A stretch of DNA of 64,000 nucleotides from Ignavibacteria bacterium (GCA_016873895.1 VGVV01000001.1:80776-144775), one strand, 5' to 3'. Shown: positions 28,742 to 38,847, counted from the stretch's first letter. The notes: generated from the letters alone by a model not told the origin. Translations and numbers: made by a program.

Positions 28742-29452
28742 ATGGCGATACACGCCTTCATCGACTTCGATGGTACGGTGAGTCAGCAGGACGTTGGCGA
28801 CGAACTCATTCGCACATTTGGAGCATTTGAGCCCCTTCACAGCGAATTACTCGCAGGCAGAATGAACGTGGCCGAGTATTATCAACGCGCTGTTTCAACT
28901 TTTACAGATCAAGCCACACCGGAATCCGTTGAAGCCTTTGCTAGGCTTCAACAGCTCGATGCTGGAGCTAAGGCACTTATTGCATGGTTCGCATCTGTGG
29001 ATATTCCTTGCGCAATCGTGAGCGACGGCTTCGATACCTACATCACTCCACTGATGAGCCAACTTGGCAATGGTTGCAACGTACCTGTTTTTTGCAATAA
29101 GCTTGTTTGGAATGGATCTGCGTTTACCCCGCTGTTTCCGGGTGCCACAGAATCATGCTCATGCTTCTGTGCATCGTGTAAACGCAATGCAATTCTGACG
29201 AACATTGCCGTGGACGATATCGTGATCTACATCGGCGATGGTCGCTCGGACGCATGCGCTGTTCAGCATGCAGACGTAGTGTTTGCTAAAGGTACACTTG
29301 CCGCATACTGCACTGCGCAGGGCATACCGTACCATCATTATCGCACCTTATCTGATGTGCTGATAATCCTTCAAACAACGTATAAGCATCTCGACTTTCG
29401 TCCCCGACGTCAGGCATTTCTCGCCCGTAAGCATGCTTTTGAAGTTGAGTGA
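28742..29452 (+). CDS. HAD-IB family phosphatase (MtnX/PHOSPHO-like)
   Basis: FIDFDGTVS (DxDxT) at the N-terminus, Cys-rich CSCFCASCKRN block, and GDGRSDAC motif IV. Confidence 0.55.
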   Translation: MAIHAFIDFDGTVSQQDVGDELIRTFGAFEPLHSELLAGRMNVAEYYQRAVSTFTDQATPESVEAFARLQQLDAGAKALIAWFASVDIPCAIVSDGFDTYITPLMSQLGNGCNVPVFCNKLVWNGSAFTPLFPGATESCSCFCASCKRNAILTNIAVDDIVIYIGDGRSDACAVQHADVVFAKGTLAAYCTAQGIPYHHYRTLSDVLIILQTTYKHLDFRPRRQAFLARKHAFEVE

Positions 29453-29513
29453 TTAAACCAGAGCACTGCCATAGGCGTCGGACGCTGGTATTCAACCTTA
29501 CACGGAGTGCATT

Positions 29514-30416
29514 ATGAAGACCATCATGTTGTTAGTGATCACAGGCACAGCACTGCTTTCGACAGCCGTAGCTCAAGATAAATCGGCACGCAAGTCTGAA
29601 AGACATGCGGCATTCAAAGAATTGCGTTCGAATCTGCATGTATGGTTTGAACGTGATGTGTATCCTACCGCCAAGGTCCTGCATGATCAATATGATGCTT
29701 CGTTGTCGGGTCAGGATCTGCAGGCTCTGCAGGCACTTCGCACAGAAGCAAAGCGCCTCAAGGAGCAGATAACAGCAGACTTGAAGAGTATGCGCAGCAC
29801 CCTTAAGCGCGGCGATCGCGATGAATTGCGTGATAAAATCGACGAGCTTCGCGACAGATACCATGATGCCGTGAAGCAGCTACTTGACCGTCTGAAACCC
29901 ATTGCAAAGCGCTCGCGCACAAAGCTGCGTGAGATTTTTGATGCCAACGAAGACAAGATTGAATCATGGAGAGATCAGGCACGCCAGACTGTTGGAGACT
30001 GGCGAGACGAGCACGATGATCTTACATTCAAGGGAATGTTCGGTCATGGTAACGGACAACTACCACTGATTGGCGCAGACGGCAGAAGGGCAGCCATACG
30101 CTTCATCCTGTGGGATGGTACAATGCCCCCGGCTCCGCAGAGTAAGGTAGTTCATCCAAGCCGCATGCCCCTTACCGTATCACCAGCACCTACAGGAAAT
30201 ACAGCGACTGTTCATGCTGCCAATCTGCCAGATGGACAGCATGCATTGCAGGTGTTTGATATGAACGGCACAATGGTACGCAGCATGCAAGTAACCGCTG
30301 TGGCCGGGCAAGTCAATCACAGCATTGACCTCTCAGGACTAGCGGCTGGGACATACATGGTTAGCATCAACACGCCGGCCGGACGAAGCACAACAAACGT
30401 GGTCGTCAACAAATAG
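29514..30416 (+). CDS. hypothetical secreted helical protein with T9SS C-terminal sorting domain
   Basis: Signal peptide, then about 150 aa of charged helical region (LSGQDLQALQALRTEAKRLKEQ...), and a C-terminal ~80 aa LQVFDMNGTMVRSM...LAAGTYMVSINTPAGRSTTNVVVNK typical of the T9SS CTD. Confidence 0.55.
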   Translation: MKTIMLLVITGTALLSTAVAQDKSARKSERHAAFKELRSNLHVWFERDVYPTAKVLHDQYDASLSGQDLQALQALRTEAKRLKEQITADLKSMRSTLKRGDRDELRDKIDELRDRYHDAVKQLLDRLKPIAKRSRTKLREIFDANEDKIESWRDQARQTVGDWRDEHDDLTFKGMFGHGNGQLPLIGADGRRAAIRFILWDGTMPPAPQSKVVHPSRMPLTVSPAPTGNTATVHAANLPDGQHALQVFDMNGTMVRSMQVTAVAGQVNHSIDLSGLAAGTYMVSINTPAGRSTTNVVVNK

Positions 30417-30421
30417 AGGTA

Positions 30422-30429
30422 TATCTTTG
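30422..30429 (+). promoter_or_regulatory. candidate Bacteroidota-type -7 promoter element TATCTTTG
   Basis: Exact TAnnTTTG match 34 nt upstream of ATG 30463. Confidence 0.35.
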
Positions 30430-30462
30430 CGTGTTAAGACACATAAATAAGCACGCAACACT

Positions 30463-31023
30463 ATGCACATACTCGGCATCTCGGGCTCGCTCCGAGAGAA
30501 GTCATATAACACGGGTCTGATCAGGACGGCTAGCCTGCTCCTTCCCGAAGACATCACGTTTTCGATTGCCAGTATTCGCGATTTACCACTCTATGATGGA
30601 GATCTAGATGTGGACCCTCAGCCGCCAGCGGTTGTGGAATTCAAGAAACATATTGAACAAGCAGATGGTGTTTTGATTGCTACTCCGGAATACAACTACT
30701 CGTATCCGGGTGTTCTGAAAAATGCAATCGACTGGGCATCGCGCGGCACCACCCGCCCCTTTCACGACAAGCCGGTTGCCATTGTTGGTGCAAGTCCTGG
30801 CAACTTTGGAGCTGTTCTAGCGCAAACAGACCTACGCAGGCTGATGTATGCCGTAAGTGGCGTAGTGGTGCCAAGACCAGAGCTGCTGGTCAATAACGTC
30901 CATTCCAAAGTGGATGGCCACGGTATCATTACAGATGAGGCAACACTAAAGGTCTACCGCACGCTGCTCACAAACTTCATTGATTACATCAATCACAGTA
31001 ATCTCAAGCGGGGCTTGTCATGA
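30463..31023 (+). CDS. NAD(P)H-dependent FMN reductase family protein
   Basis: ILGISGSLREKSYN and ATPEYNYSYPGVLKNAIDWAS blocks. 186 aa. Confidence 0.8.
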   Translation: MHILGISGSLREKSYNTGLIRTASLLLPEDITFSIASIRDLPLYDGDLDVDPQPPAVVEFKKHIEQADGVLIATPEYNYSYPGVLKNAIDWASRGTTRPFHDKPVAIVGASPGNFGAVLAQTDLRRLMYAVSGVVVPRPELLVNNVHSKVDGHGIITDEATLKVYRTLLTNFIDYINHSNLKRGLS

Positions 31024-31739
31024 AGGCGGTTCACTATCCGGCAAGCGAACGCGGACATGCCAACTTCGGTTGGCTTGACTCGTATCACACATTCAGCTTT
31101 GGTCAGTACTACGATCCATCGCGGATGAACTTTGGTGCGCTTCGGGTATTCAATGACGATGCCGTTGCCGCAGGCGAGGGGTTTGGAACGCACCCTCACA
31201 AGAACATGGAGATCATCTCTATCCCGCTTGAAGGGGTGATCATGCATCAGGATTCCATGGGGCACAAGGAAGGCATTGCCGTAGGTGATGTCCTAGTGAT
31301 GTCTGCTGGCAGCGGAATCACCCATTCGGAATACAATGGTTCTTCAACCGATGCACTAAAGTTTTTCCAGATCTGGATCATTCCCAACGAGGCAAACGTC
31401 GAGCCCCGTTATGATCAGGCAACCATCGGCCCCATAGCTTCCAATACCATCACCACTGTTGTTGGTCCTAAGAATACAGGACTGCCACTGTGGATTCATC
31501 AGCAGGCATGGCTATGCTTCGGGCACGTGGCTCAAGGCGAACGCCTACAGTACGACCGTCGTGGCAATGATACAGGTGTGTTCACATTTGTTATCGATGG
31601 CGCACTCCGTGTTACTGGTGCTGACGGCGAGGCTACACTCGGTATGCGTGATGGAATCGGTGTGCTCGATGAGCCAATGCTGACGTATACGTCGAACGCG
31701 ACGTCTCAATTCATCGTGATCGAAGTACCGCTCGCATAA
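31020..31739 (+). CDS. pirin family protein
   Basis: RGHANFGWLDSYHTFSFGQYYD...FGTHPHKNMEIISIPLEG...HSE cupin metal-ligand blocks. The start overlaps the upstream stop (ATGA). Confidence 0.85.
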   Translation: MKAVHYPASERGHANFGWLDSYHTFSFGQYYDPSRMNFGALRVFNDDAVAAGEGFGTHPHKNMEIISIPLEGVIMHQDSMGHKEGIAVGDVLVMSAGSGITHSEYNGSSTDALKFFQIWIIPNEANVEPRYDQATIGPIASNTITTVVGPKNTGLPLWIHQQAWLCFGHVAQGERLQYDRRGNDTGVFTFVIDGALRVTGADGEATLGMRDGIGVLDEPMLTYTSNATSQFIVIEVPLA

Positions 31740-34273
31740 CGCCAACGAATCGACTTCTCGATGGCTACGGCGATGTATGCGATCGCACCGCACGAAAAGA
31801 TAATCGCCCACATAGAAAGCGGTATGGGAGCCGTGCGAAAGAGAACGTTCATAACTGGAACGTACATAAACAAGGCTTGTAGCACGATCATAAGTGCTAC
31901 GCCATAGGCCACGGTCATGTTGGACGTGATAGGCGCTGCGTAGGGTGAAACCAGTGTTCGACAGTTAAAGAGATAGAATATTTCGATAACGACGAACGTA
32001 TTTGATGCAGCGGTTCGAGATGCTTCGATGGAATAGCCAGCCCCATTGGCGTAGAGAAAGACCCCATAGCCAGCGGTCACAAGGAGCAGGGTAACAAACA
32101 AGGTGCGCATCAGGAGTTCTCTTGTGAAAAGGGGCTCACCAGTGCGCCGTGGCGGCTGACGCATTACATTGTCTTCTGCTGCCTCAAACGCTAATGGCAA
32201 TCCAAGAATCACGGCCGTTGTCATGTTGATCCAGAGGATCTGCACAGGCTCTACCGGCAAAGCCGATCCAGCTGCCACAGCCATCACAATGATCAGTCCT
32301 TCAGCAGCATTTGTTGGAATAGTCCATAGAATGAATTTGAGAAGATTCTCGTAGACCGTGCGTCCCTCTTCGACAGCCGAGACAATTGTCGAGAAATTGT
32401 CATCCGTTAGCACCATAGGTGCGGCTTCCTTTGCCACATCAGTTCCGGACCTCCCCATGGCCACACCGATGTCTGCCGCACGCAGCGCTGGAGCATCGTT
32501 CACGCCATCCCCTGTCATGGCAACCACATGCCCCTTTCGCTGCAGAGCGGCCACAAGCCGAAGCTTCTGCTCGGGCGACACGCAGGCAAAAACGCTAACA
32601 CGCTGTGCAACATCGTCAAGTTCGTGCTCGCTCATAGCAGCCAGCTGGGTTCCTGTGCGTGAATAGTGTTTTGGATGCAGTAACTCAGTAATGATGCCAA
32701 GCTCACGTGCAATAGCAACGGCGGTTGATGCATGATCGCCGGTGATCATTTTAGCATCGATGCCGGCTTGGTGGCATTCTGCTATCGACGCGCGCACCTC
32801 TGCACACGGAGGATCAACCATGCCCACAATTCCGCAGAAGGTAAGCTCCGATGCGATTGTCTGTAATGTGAGTGATAAGGGCACAGTATCAAGGTGCTTC
32901 GTTGCACAGGCTAAGACGCGATGTCCTTTTGCGCCCATCATTTCGGCCTGGATATGAAATTGGGGCCCATCTATTGCTGCGTGCGTGCCGTCTGGTCGTA
33001 GTTGCGATGAACAACGAGAGCGGCCTCCGTCGGATCGCCGATTGCTTCCCAGCGGCCCCCTTCATGCACGATCATGGCAGTAGAGCAGAGGACGCCGCTT
33101 CGAATGGTCTCGAGAAGGGCTACATCTTATCCGAGTGTGTACTGTAGAAACCGTGTCTGCTCCGCCCATGGCTGAGACGATGTACCCTTCTGGTTCATAG
33201 CCCGTGCCTTCGACGTCGTATTCATGCCCGGCAGTTGCGATCTCAACAACTGTCATCTGATTTTCAGTCAGGGTTCCGGTCTTGTCGGAACAGATCACCG
33301 TTGTCGACCCCAACGTCTCTACCGCCGGTAACTTTCGAATGATGGCTCGTCTCTTTGCCATGCGATTAACACCGATAGCAAGAATGATCGTGACAGCTGC
33401 GGGTAAGCCCTCTGGAACTGCTCCCACGCTGAGTGCAACAGAGACGATGAGCATGTCCACAACTGTATTGCCACGCGCGATTCCAACGAGAAACGTTACT
33501 GCGGCAAGACCTATGATGGCGTACAGAAGTATCGAGCTGAACTTCGCAATCTGTCGCGTGAGTGGAGTCTGCAGCTGAGGTGCGGTGTCCAGCAGTGCAG
33601 AAATTGTCCCGACTTCTGTTCGAGTGCCTGTTGCTACAACGACTCCCTTGGCTGAACCACGAACGACCACTGTTGAGGCATAGGCCATATTTGTGCGATC
33701 GGCCACCTGGGCAGTAGCCTCCAACACAGCAGTGTGTTTTTCTGACGGAACTGACTTGCCAGTAAGAACGGCCTCGGCAATTGCTAGGTCCTTTACCCAG
33801 AGCAGGCGTAGGTCCGCAGGTACTTTATCTCCAGCCTCGAGCAGTACGACGTCGCCTGGCACAAGTTCGGGCATAGCGATGCGTACACGCATACGTGAGC
33901 GGACAGCCGTGGTCTCGCCCTGGATATTTGCTGCCAAAGATGCTAGAGCAGCGGTTGCTTTGCCTTCCTGCAGAAATCCGATGACGGCGTTCAGGATCAG
34001 AACACCGAAAATCACGATGGCGTCTGTTATCCCGCTGACGATAACGGTGACGCACCCAGCAAGGATCAGGATGTAGACAAGTGGTGCGTTGAGTTGACGC
34101 ATATAGCGTCGTACAGGGTGCTCAATCGCACCCTTTGGCAGGGAGTTTGGACCGTAGGTCTGACGGCGCACAGACGCCTCATGTTCCGTTAACCCATCTG
34201 AGACAGACGAGTCAAGGGCCCGGACAACATCATCAATGATAGTAGCATGCCATATCGGATGCTCAGTGATCAC
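31706..34273 (-). pseudogene. P2-type cation-transporting P-type ATPase, disrupted (out-of-frame segment, premature stop, apparent loss of nucleotide-binding core)
   Basis: The N-terminal ORF 33062..34273 carries [10 protein letters not shown]. The C-terminal ORF 31706..32941 carries MITGDH and MTGDGVNDAPAL and is in the same frame (34273-32941 = 1332 = 444x3). Between them, the conserved DVALLETIRSGVLCSTAMIVHEGGRWEAIGDPTEAALVV is readable only in a different frame (about 33000..33130). The main frame hits TGA at 33062..33064. I could not find the PFDS..K and KGAPE blocks in any frame. Confidence 0.75.
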
Positions 34274-35805
34274 TCCATCATGCCTGCTGGAATAGCTTGA
34301 ACGATAGCCCCCTGAACAACGAGTTCGTGCACTGCATCCATGTCGTGGTAAAGAACACGATCTGCCTCGGCAAACGGAACAGCCGTTCGAACAAGCGCTA
34401 CTACGTGTTCCAGTGCTGAGCTGCTGGCGAGCGGGCGCAGCAGATCAATGCCCTGACATGCACAGAGGATCTCGATACTCAGCACACGTTCAACATTCGC
34501 TATTACACTCCAAAGTTTACGTCCGGCAATACTGCCCATCGAATTGTGATCTTCTTGATTTGCCGATGTGGGGATACTGTCGACGCTTGCTGGGTGAGCC
34601 AGAACCTTATTCTCACTCACCAGTGCTGCAGCCGTGTATTGCGCAATCATCATGCCTGAGTGGAGTCCACCTTGTGGGGTTAAAAACCGTGGTAAGCCCC
34701 CTAATGCATGATTGACCATACGTTCGGTGCGGCGCTCCGAAATGTTCGCCATTTCAGACAGAGCAATTGCCAGATAATCCAGAACAAGTGCAAGGGGCTG
34801 GCCATGAAAGTTTCCACCCTGCACGTAAATGTCGTCTTCGGCAAAAATCAATGGGTTATCAGTGGCACTATTCATCTCACGCTCAATTACTTGAGTAGCG
34901 AATGCAATCGTATCTCTCGAGGCACCATGCACCTGCGGCATACAGCGCAAGCTATATGCATCCTGCACCTTATCGTCGCCGCTGCGATGTGATTCTCGAA
35001 TTGCACTGCCTGCTATCAGCGAGCGCAGATTCTTCGCAACTGTGAGCTGTCCTGGATGTGGCCGTGTCTTGTGCAGACGCTCATCAAAGGCGGCATCTGT
35101 ACCTCTTAAGGCATCAAGCGAGAGGGCACCTGCAATATCGGCAGTGTGCATAATAGTACGCGTGCGATGCAGAGACAATGCACCAAAGGCACACATCATC
35201 TGCGTGCCATTGATCAATGCTAGGCCTTCCTTTGCCGCCAGACGGATGGGTTCGATACCATGGCGTCGGAGTACGTCGGCACTCGGCATGCGATTACCAT
35301 CAACGATACACTCTCCCCTGCCGATCAAGCATAATGCGAGATGTGATAGCGGTGCAAGATCACCGCTTGCGCCAACAGACCCTTGTGATGGGATCACGGG
35401 TGTGATGTCTGCGTTAATCATCGCAAGCAATGCGTCGATAGTGGATTCACGAATACCGGAGAATCCTTTTACTAGCGCATTCACGCGCAGGACCATCATC
35501 GATCTAACGATTTCCTTCGGTAAGAGATCGCCTACTCCAGTGCTGTGCGAGATGATCAGATTCTCTTGGAGTGCTTCGATGTCGGCAGCTGCAATCGTAA
35601 CACTTGCAAACTCACCAAAACCTGTAGTCATGCCATAGACTACGCGGCCTTCGGTTATCCAGCGCTCAACAGCATCTCGTGAGGCACGCACCCGCTCGCG
35701 AGCAGCAGCACTTATTTCAATTCGAGACTCACTGTCGTATGCTACCTGTGCAAGGTCTTGAATCGTTAGTGAATCGCCATCCAGTATCAACGTGCGATGT
35801 TGCAT
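34270..35805 (-). CDS. hutH: histidine ammonia-lyase
   Basis: GSVGASGDLAPLSHLAL (MIO-forming ASG), TGFGEFA, and ISHSTGVG (the Ser-His pair fits HAL rather than PAL/TAL as I recall the selectivity switch). Start re-called to MQHRTLILDG (ATG 35805), sharing 1 nt with the upstream TAA. Confidence 0.85.
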   Translation of the reverse strand: MQHRTLILDGDSLTIQDLAQVAYDSESRIEISAAARERVRASRDAVERWITEGRVVYGMTTGFGEFASVTIAAADIEALQENLIISHSTGVGDLLPKEIVRSMMVLRVNALVKGFSGIRESTIDALLAMINADITPVIPSQGSVGASGDLAPLSHLALCLIGRGECIVDGNRMPSADVLRRHGIEPIRLAAKEGLALINGTQMMCAFGALSLHRTRTIMHTADIAGALSLDALRGTDAAFDERLHKTRPHPGQLTVAKNLRSLIAGSAIRESHRSGDDKVQDAYSLRCMPQVHGASRDTIAFATQVIEREMNSATDNPLIFAEDDIYVQGGNFHGQPLALVLDYLAIALSEMANISERRTERMVNHALGGLPRFLTPQGGLHSGMMIAQYTAAALVSENKVLAHPASVDSIPTSANQEDHNSMGSIAGRKLWSVIANVERVLSIEILCACQGIDLLRPLASSSALEHVVALVRTAVPFAEADRVLYHDMDAVHELVVQGAIVQAIPAGMME

Positions 35806-36743
35806 TATCGTCCTGCACCCTTGCCGATGAATGAGCTCCAGGCATACTCTGACGGCACTCTGCGACCTTCCTGAGCTAGATCGATCAAATACGAGGCTGT
35901 GGTCTTGAGAACCCAATCAAAGTTGTCTTCCTGAACCGACGTCTTCTCAGCATCCGGTGCTGGGTTCATGTAATCGATTGCGTATGGAATACCATCACGT
36001 ACAGCGAACTCAATTGTATTGAAGTCGTAACTCAGCATCGTGCAAATCTGAATGCAGAGCTCTTCAAGCCGAGCTAGCATAGCCTCAGATGGGGCAAATC
36101 CAGCCTGATACCTCAGGTGATGTGGGTTGCGAGGCTCGTAGGGCATTATCCGCACATGCTTCTTTCCTATGCAGTAACAGCGGTAATACTCTGTGAAATC
36201 AATACCCTCTTGAAGTGTCATCACAATGTTATCAGTCTCGGCGTATGCCTCAAAAAACTGGTCTACAGTATCAATCTTATAAACATGCTTCCAGCCCCCT
36301 CCATCAAACGGCTTAAGGTATGCTGGAAAACCAACGTAATCGAAGTGCTCCTGCCAATTGAGAGGATAGACCAGATTGCGAAACGACTCGGCAGTTGTTT
36401 CGGGAGGATGGTTTTTACTCGGCAGCAATACCGTCTTTGGGACTGGTATCCCTGTTTCATTAGCCAATGCATAATTGAAGAACTTGTCGTCAGCAGACCA
36501 CCAGAATGGGTTGTTAACAACTCGAACACCTTTGAGAGCAGCAAGTTTGAGCATTGCCCGATAGTATGGCACATCCTGTGAAATACGATCGAGAATAACA
36601 TCATATTCGAACAGTGTTTCTAGCGTAACTCCGCCAATCTTGATAAACTCAGCCGATACACCTGCGTGTCGGCTATTAATCTCCTGTACAAGTGCCGGCG
36701 GAAACGATTGTTCCATACCGAAGAGTAACCCGATCTTCTTCAT
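35805..36743 (-). CDS. ATP-grasp domain protein (RimK/glutathione-synthetase-like ligase), substrate unknown
   Basis: MKKIGLLFGMEQSFP...VINNPFWWSADDKFF...GFPAYLKPFDGGGWKHVYKI...EYYRCYCIG...PYEPRNPHHLRY fits the ATP-grasp fold pattern. ATG 36743 is preceded by AAGGAA; the track start at 36767 is TTG. Confidence 0.55.
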   Translation of the reverse strand: MKKIGLLFGMEQSFPPALVQEINSRHAGVSAEFIKIGGVTLETLFEYDVILDRISQDVPYYRAMLKLAALKGVRVVNNPFWWSADDKFFNYALANETGIPVPKTVLLPSKNHPPETTAESFRNLVYPLNWQEHFDYVGFPAYLKPFDGGGWKHVYKIDTVDQFFEAYAETDNIVMTLQEGIDFTEYYRCYCIGKKHVRIMPYEPRNPHHLRYQAGFAPSEAMLARLEELCIQICTMLSYDFNTIEFAVRDGIPYAIDYMNPAPDAEKTSVQEDNFDWVLKTTASYLIDLAQEGRRVPSEYAWSSFIGKGAGR

Positions 36744-36759
36744 CAGCAATTCCTTACGC

Positions 36760-37539
36760 TCAATCAATGGTGTTTAGGATAAAACCAACCTGGTTTTCAA
36801 ATGTACCATACGTCATTGGCTTCGTAAGCCAGTGACCCAAGTTGATGTATGTACCGTTCTTGATGGCAGTCTGCTCGGCTCTGTGGCGATGGCCCATGAC
36901 TACGTAATCATATCCTTCGTGAATCTTCTGCTCTGCAAATTCACGTAATCCATCTACAGGACCATACTCCTTCTTACCCGTATAATCCCTGCTGCCATGA
37001 GACGTTACCGAGGCTAATGAGATTCCAATTGTTGGGTGCAGCAAACGATACAGTTGCTGCGCAATCCTGCTTCGGAGCACACTCCGAAGTATCACGTAGC
37101 CAGTGTCGTTGCGTGCCTTGCCATCACCATGGGCGATATAGAACTTCTTGCCCGAGATCGTGGCGTCTACATCTCCGCCTAGCACTTCTATATCGAGCTC
37201 ATCCCGGAAATACGTGTGATGCCCAAAGTCGTGGTTACCCATCAAGTACGTAACGGGTATGCCTGCAGATCGGTAAGAGGCAAGAGCCGAGAGTGTGCGC
37301 ACGTGGCCACGGGGAATAACTCGTGCGTAATCAAACCACAGGTCAAAAAGATCGCCCACGAGGAACAGATGTCCACACGTATCCCGTGCCCCCTGCAGTA
37401 CCTCCACGAGATAAGACTCCCGCGCCCTATCATCTTCGCGAGGTCCGTATCCCAGGTGAACATCAGAGATAAAAAGTGCCTTTTGGCCCGGTTGAAGGTC
37501 TACCGTAAGCGAAACACATGAAACAACTGGGTTCAACAT
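36760..37539 (-). CDS. lpxH: UDP-2,3-diacylglucosamine diphosphatase-like metallophosphoesterase
   Basis: [25 protein letters not shown] and GHRH metallophosphoesterase blocks in the LpxH arrangement. ATG 37539 chosen; the track start at 37596 is TTG. Confidence 0.6.
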   Translation of the reverse strand: MLNPVVSCVSLTVDLQPGQKALFISDVHLGYGPREDDRARESYLVEVLQGARDTCGHLFLVGDLFDLWFDYARVIPRGHVRTLSALASYRSAGIPVTYLMGNHDFGHHTYFRDELDIEVLGGDVDATISGKKFYIAHGDGKARNDTGYVILRSVLRSRIAQQLYRLLHPTIGISLASVTSHGSRDYTGKKEYGPVDGLREFAEQKIHEGYDYVVMGHRHRAEQTAIKNGTYINLGHWLTKPMTYGTFENQVGFILNTID

Positions 37540-37574
37540 AATGATAAGATAACGCCCAGAAGGACTGCGACGGC

Positions 37575-37582
37575 TATCTTTG
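37575..37582 (+). promoter_or_regulatory. candidate Bacteroidota-type -7 promoter element TATCTTTG
   Basis: Exact TAnnTTTG match 24 nt upstream of the panB ATG 37606, in the divergent lpxH/panB gap. No clear -33 TTG. Confidence 0.35.
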
Positions 37583-37605
37583 TGGTCATTAACCAAGAGT
37601 TCATA

Positions 37606-38424
37606 ATGTCTGTTGTACCTAGCACACGAAAACGCGTAACAACTCGCCGGCTAGGCGATATGAAGCGGGCGGGGATGCCGATTGCCTGCCTTACGGCGTA
37701 TGATGCAATCAGCGCATCTATACTCGATGCCTCGGGTGTGGATGTATTGCTTGTTGGCGACTCCGTGGGCAACGTAGTGCAAGGACACGACACGACAATC
37801 CCGGTAACACTCGAGCATATGATTTATCACACACAAGCTGTGGTGAGATCAGTAAGTCAGGCTCTGGTAGTAACAGACATGCCATTCATGTCCTATCAAG
37901 TGTCACCTCAAGAGGCGTTCCGCAACGCTGGCCGCCTTATGAAAGAAGCAGGATCTGGTGCCGTGAAACTCGAGGGTGGAATGCGGGTTACAGAGTCCGT
38001 ACGCCTTATGACAGAGAATGGCATTCCTGTAATGGGACACCTTGGTCTTACCCCCCAAAGTATTCATCAGTTCGGGTCGTATAGGGAACGTGGCTCAACA
38101 CCAGAAGAAGCAGAAATAATGAAGCGAGACGCTTTGGCGCTGCAAGAAGCAGGTGCTTTTGCTCTGGTGTTGGAGAAGATACCCTCTGGTTTAGCAAAGG
38201 ACATTACCGCACTGTTGCACATTCCGACTATTGGAATTGGAGCCGGACCCGACTGTGATGGACAAATTCTGGTCTGGACCGACATGATGGGTATGTCTAC
38301 GGAGTTCCGTCCACGGTTTGTCCGCAGATACGCCGAGTTACATTCGATCATGGTTGATGCAGCCTCTCGTTACGTCAGCGACGTCAAGAATCATGCATTC
38401 CCAACCACCGAGGAAAGCTACTAA
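37606..38424 (+). CDS. panB: 3-methyl-2-oxobutanoate hydroxymethyltransferase
   Basis: [36 protein letters not shown] and the KLEGG block. Start at MSVVPSTRK. Confidence 0.9.
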   Translation: MSVVPSTRKRVTTRRLGDMKRAGMPIACLTAYDAISASILDASGVDVLLVGDSVGNVVQGHDTTIPVTLEHMIYHTQAVVRSVSQALVVTDMPFMSYQVSPQEAFRNAGRLMKEAGSGAVKLEGGMRVTESVRLMTENGIPVMGHLGLTPQSIHQFGSYRERGSTPEEAEIMKRDALALQEAGAFALVLEKIPSGLAKDITALLHIPTIGIGAGPDCDGQILVWTDMMGMSTEFRPRFVRRYAELHSIMVDAASRYVSDVKNHAFPTTEESY

Positions 38425-38816
38425 TGCAAGCATTGCTCATCATATGCGCGTTCAGTAGCTTGCTCATGCTGGCATCTTGTGATGGCTCCGTGATCACCAA
38501 TCCGCAGGATATAACATTCCCAGACAGCAATGTGAGCTTTCGAGGCCAGGTTCTTCCGTTTTTGGCACTCTCATGTGGCGTCGGTGGATGCCATGGAGAC
38601 ATAAGCCCAGCTGCCGGGATTCGGTTAACTTCGTATTCAACGCTCTTGTTCGACAGACCGAATTTGGTTGTGCCGGGCAAGCCCGACGAAAGTCTTATCG
38701 TGCAAGTCCTCGAAGGCGATCTGCTTCACCCATGGGGCAACCTGCGGACAACTGTATCGAGTTCGCAGATTCGTGGCATGCGCAAGTGGATTGAAGAGGG
38801 CGCAATTGACAACTAA
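38424..38816 (+). CDS. small lipoprotein with PSCyt1-like (Planctomycete cytochrome c-like) domain carrying CX4CH instead of CXXCH
   Basis: Lipobox LMLASC. FRGQVLPFLALSCGVGGCHG...LVVPGKPDESLIVQVL...IRGMRKWIEEGA follows the PSCyt1 pattern (C..CH, vvPGkPeeS, WIeeGA) as I remember it. The ATG shares 1 nt with the panB TAA. Confidence 0.5.
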   Translation: MQALLIICAFSSLLMLASCDGSVITNPQDITFPDSNVSFRGQVLPFLALSCGVGGCHGDISPAAGIRLTSYSTLLFDRPNLVVPGKPDESLIVQVLEGDLLHPWGNLRTTVSSSQIRGMRKWIEEGAIDN

Positions 38817-38847
38817 ACACCAGAACATTCTTTCGGAGTCTCGTTAC

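Noticed and set aside
32942-33140. The ATPase disruption, considered as programmed frameshifting or an intein.
   Set aside because: Restoring the reading frame needs two opposite shifts, there are stops in both frames, and conserved ATP-binding motifs appear to be missing. No slippery-site or intein motifs are seen. Decay or sequencing error is the simpler explanation.
38668-38847. N-terminal extensions of track ORFs at 20850, 38668, 40860, 45091, 50180 and 54058, and on the minus strand at 6501, 9951, 11127, 13196, 15019, 24140, 35916, 53980, 61380 and 61937.
   Set aside because: The extensions run through upstream genes or terminators. Downstream ATG/GTG codons give signal peptides, canonical N-termini or 4-nt overlaps with the preceding stop.
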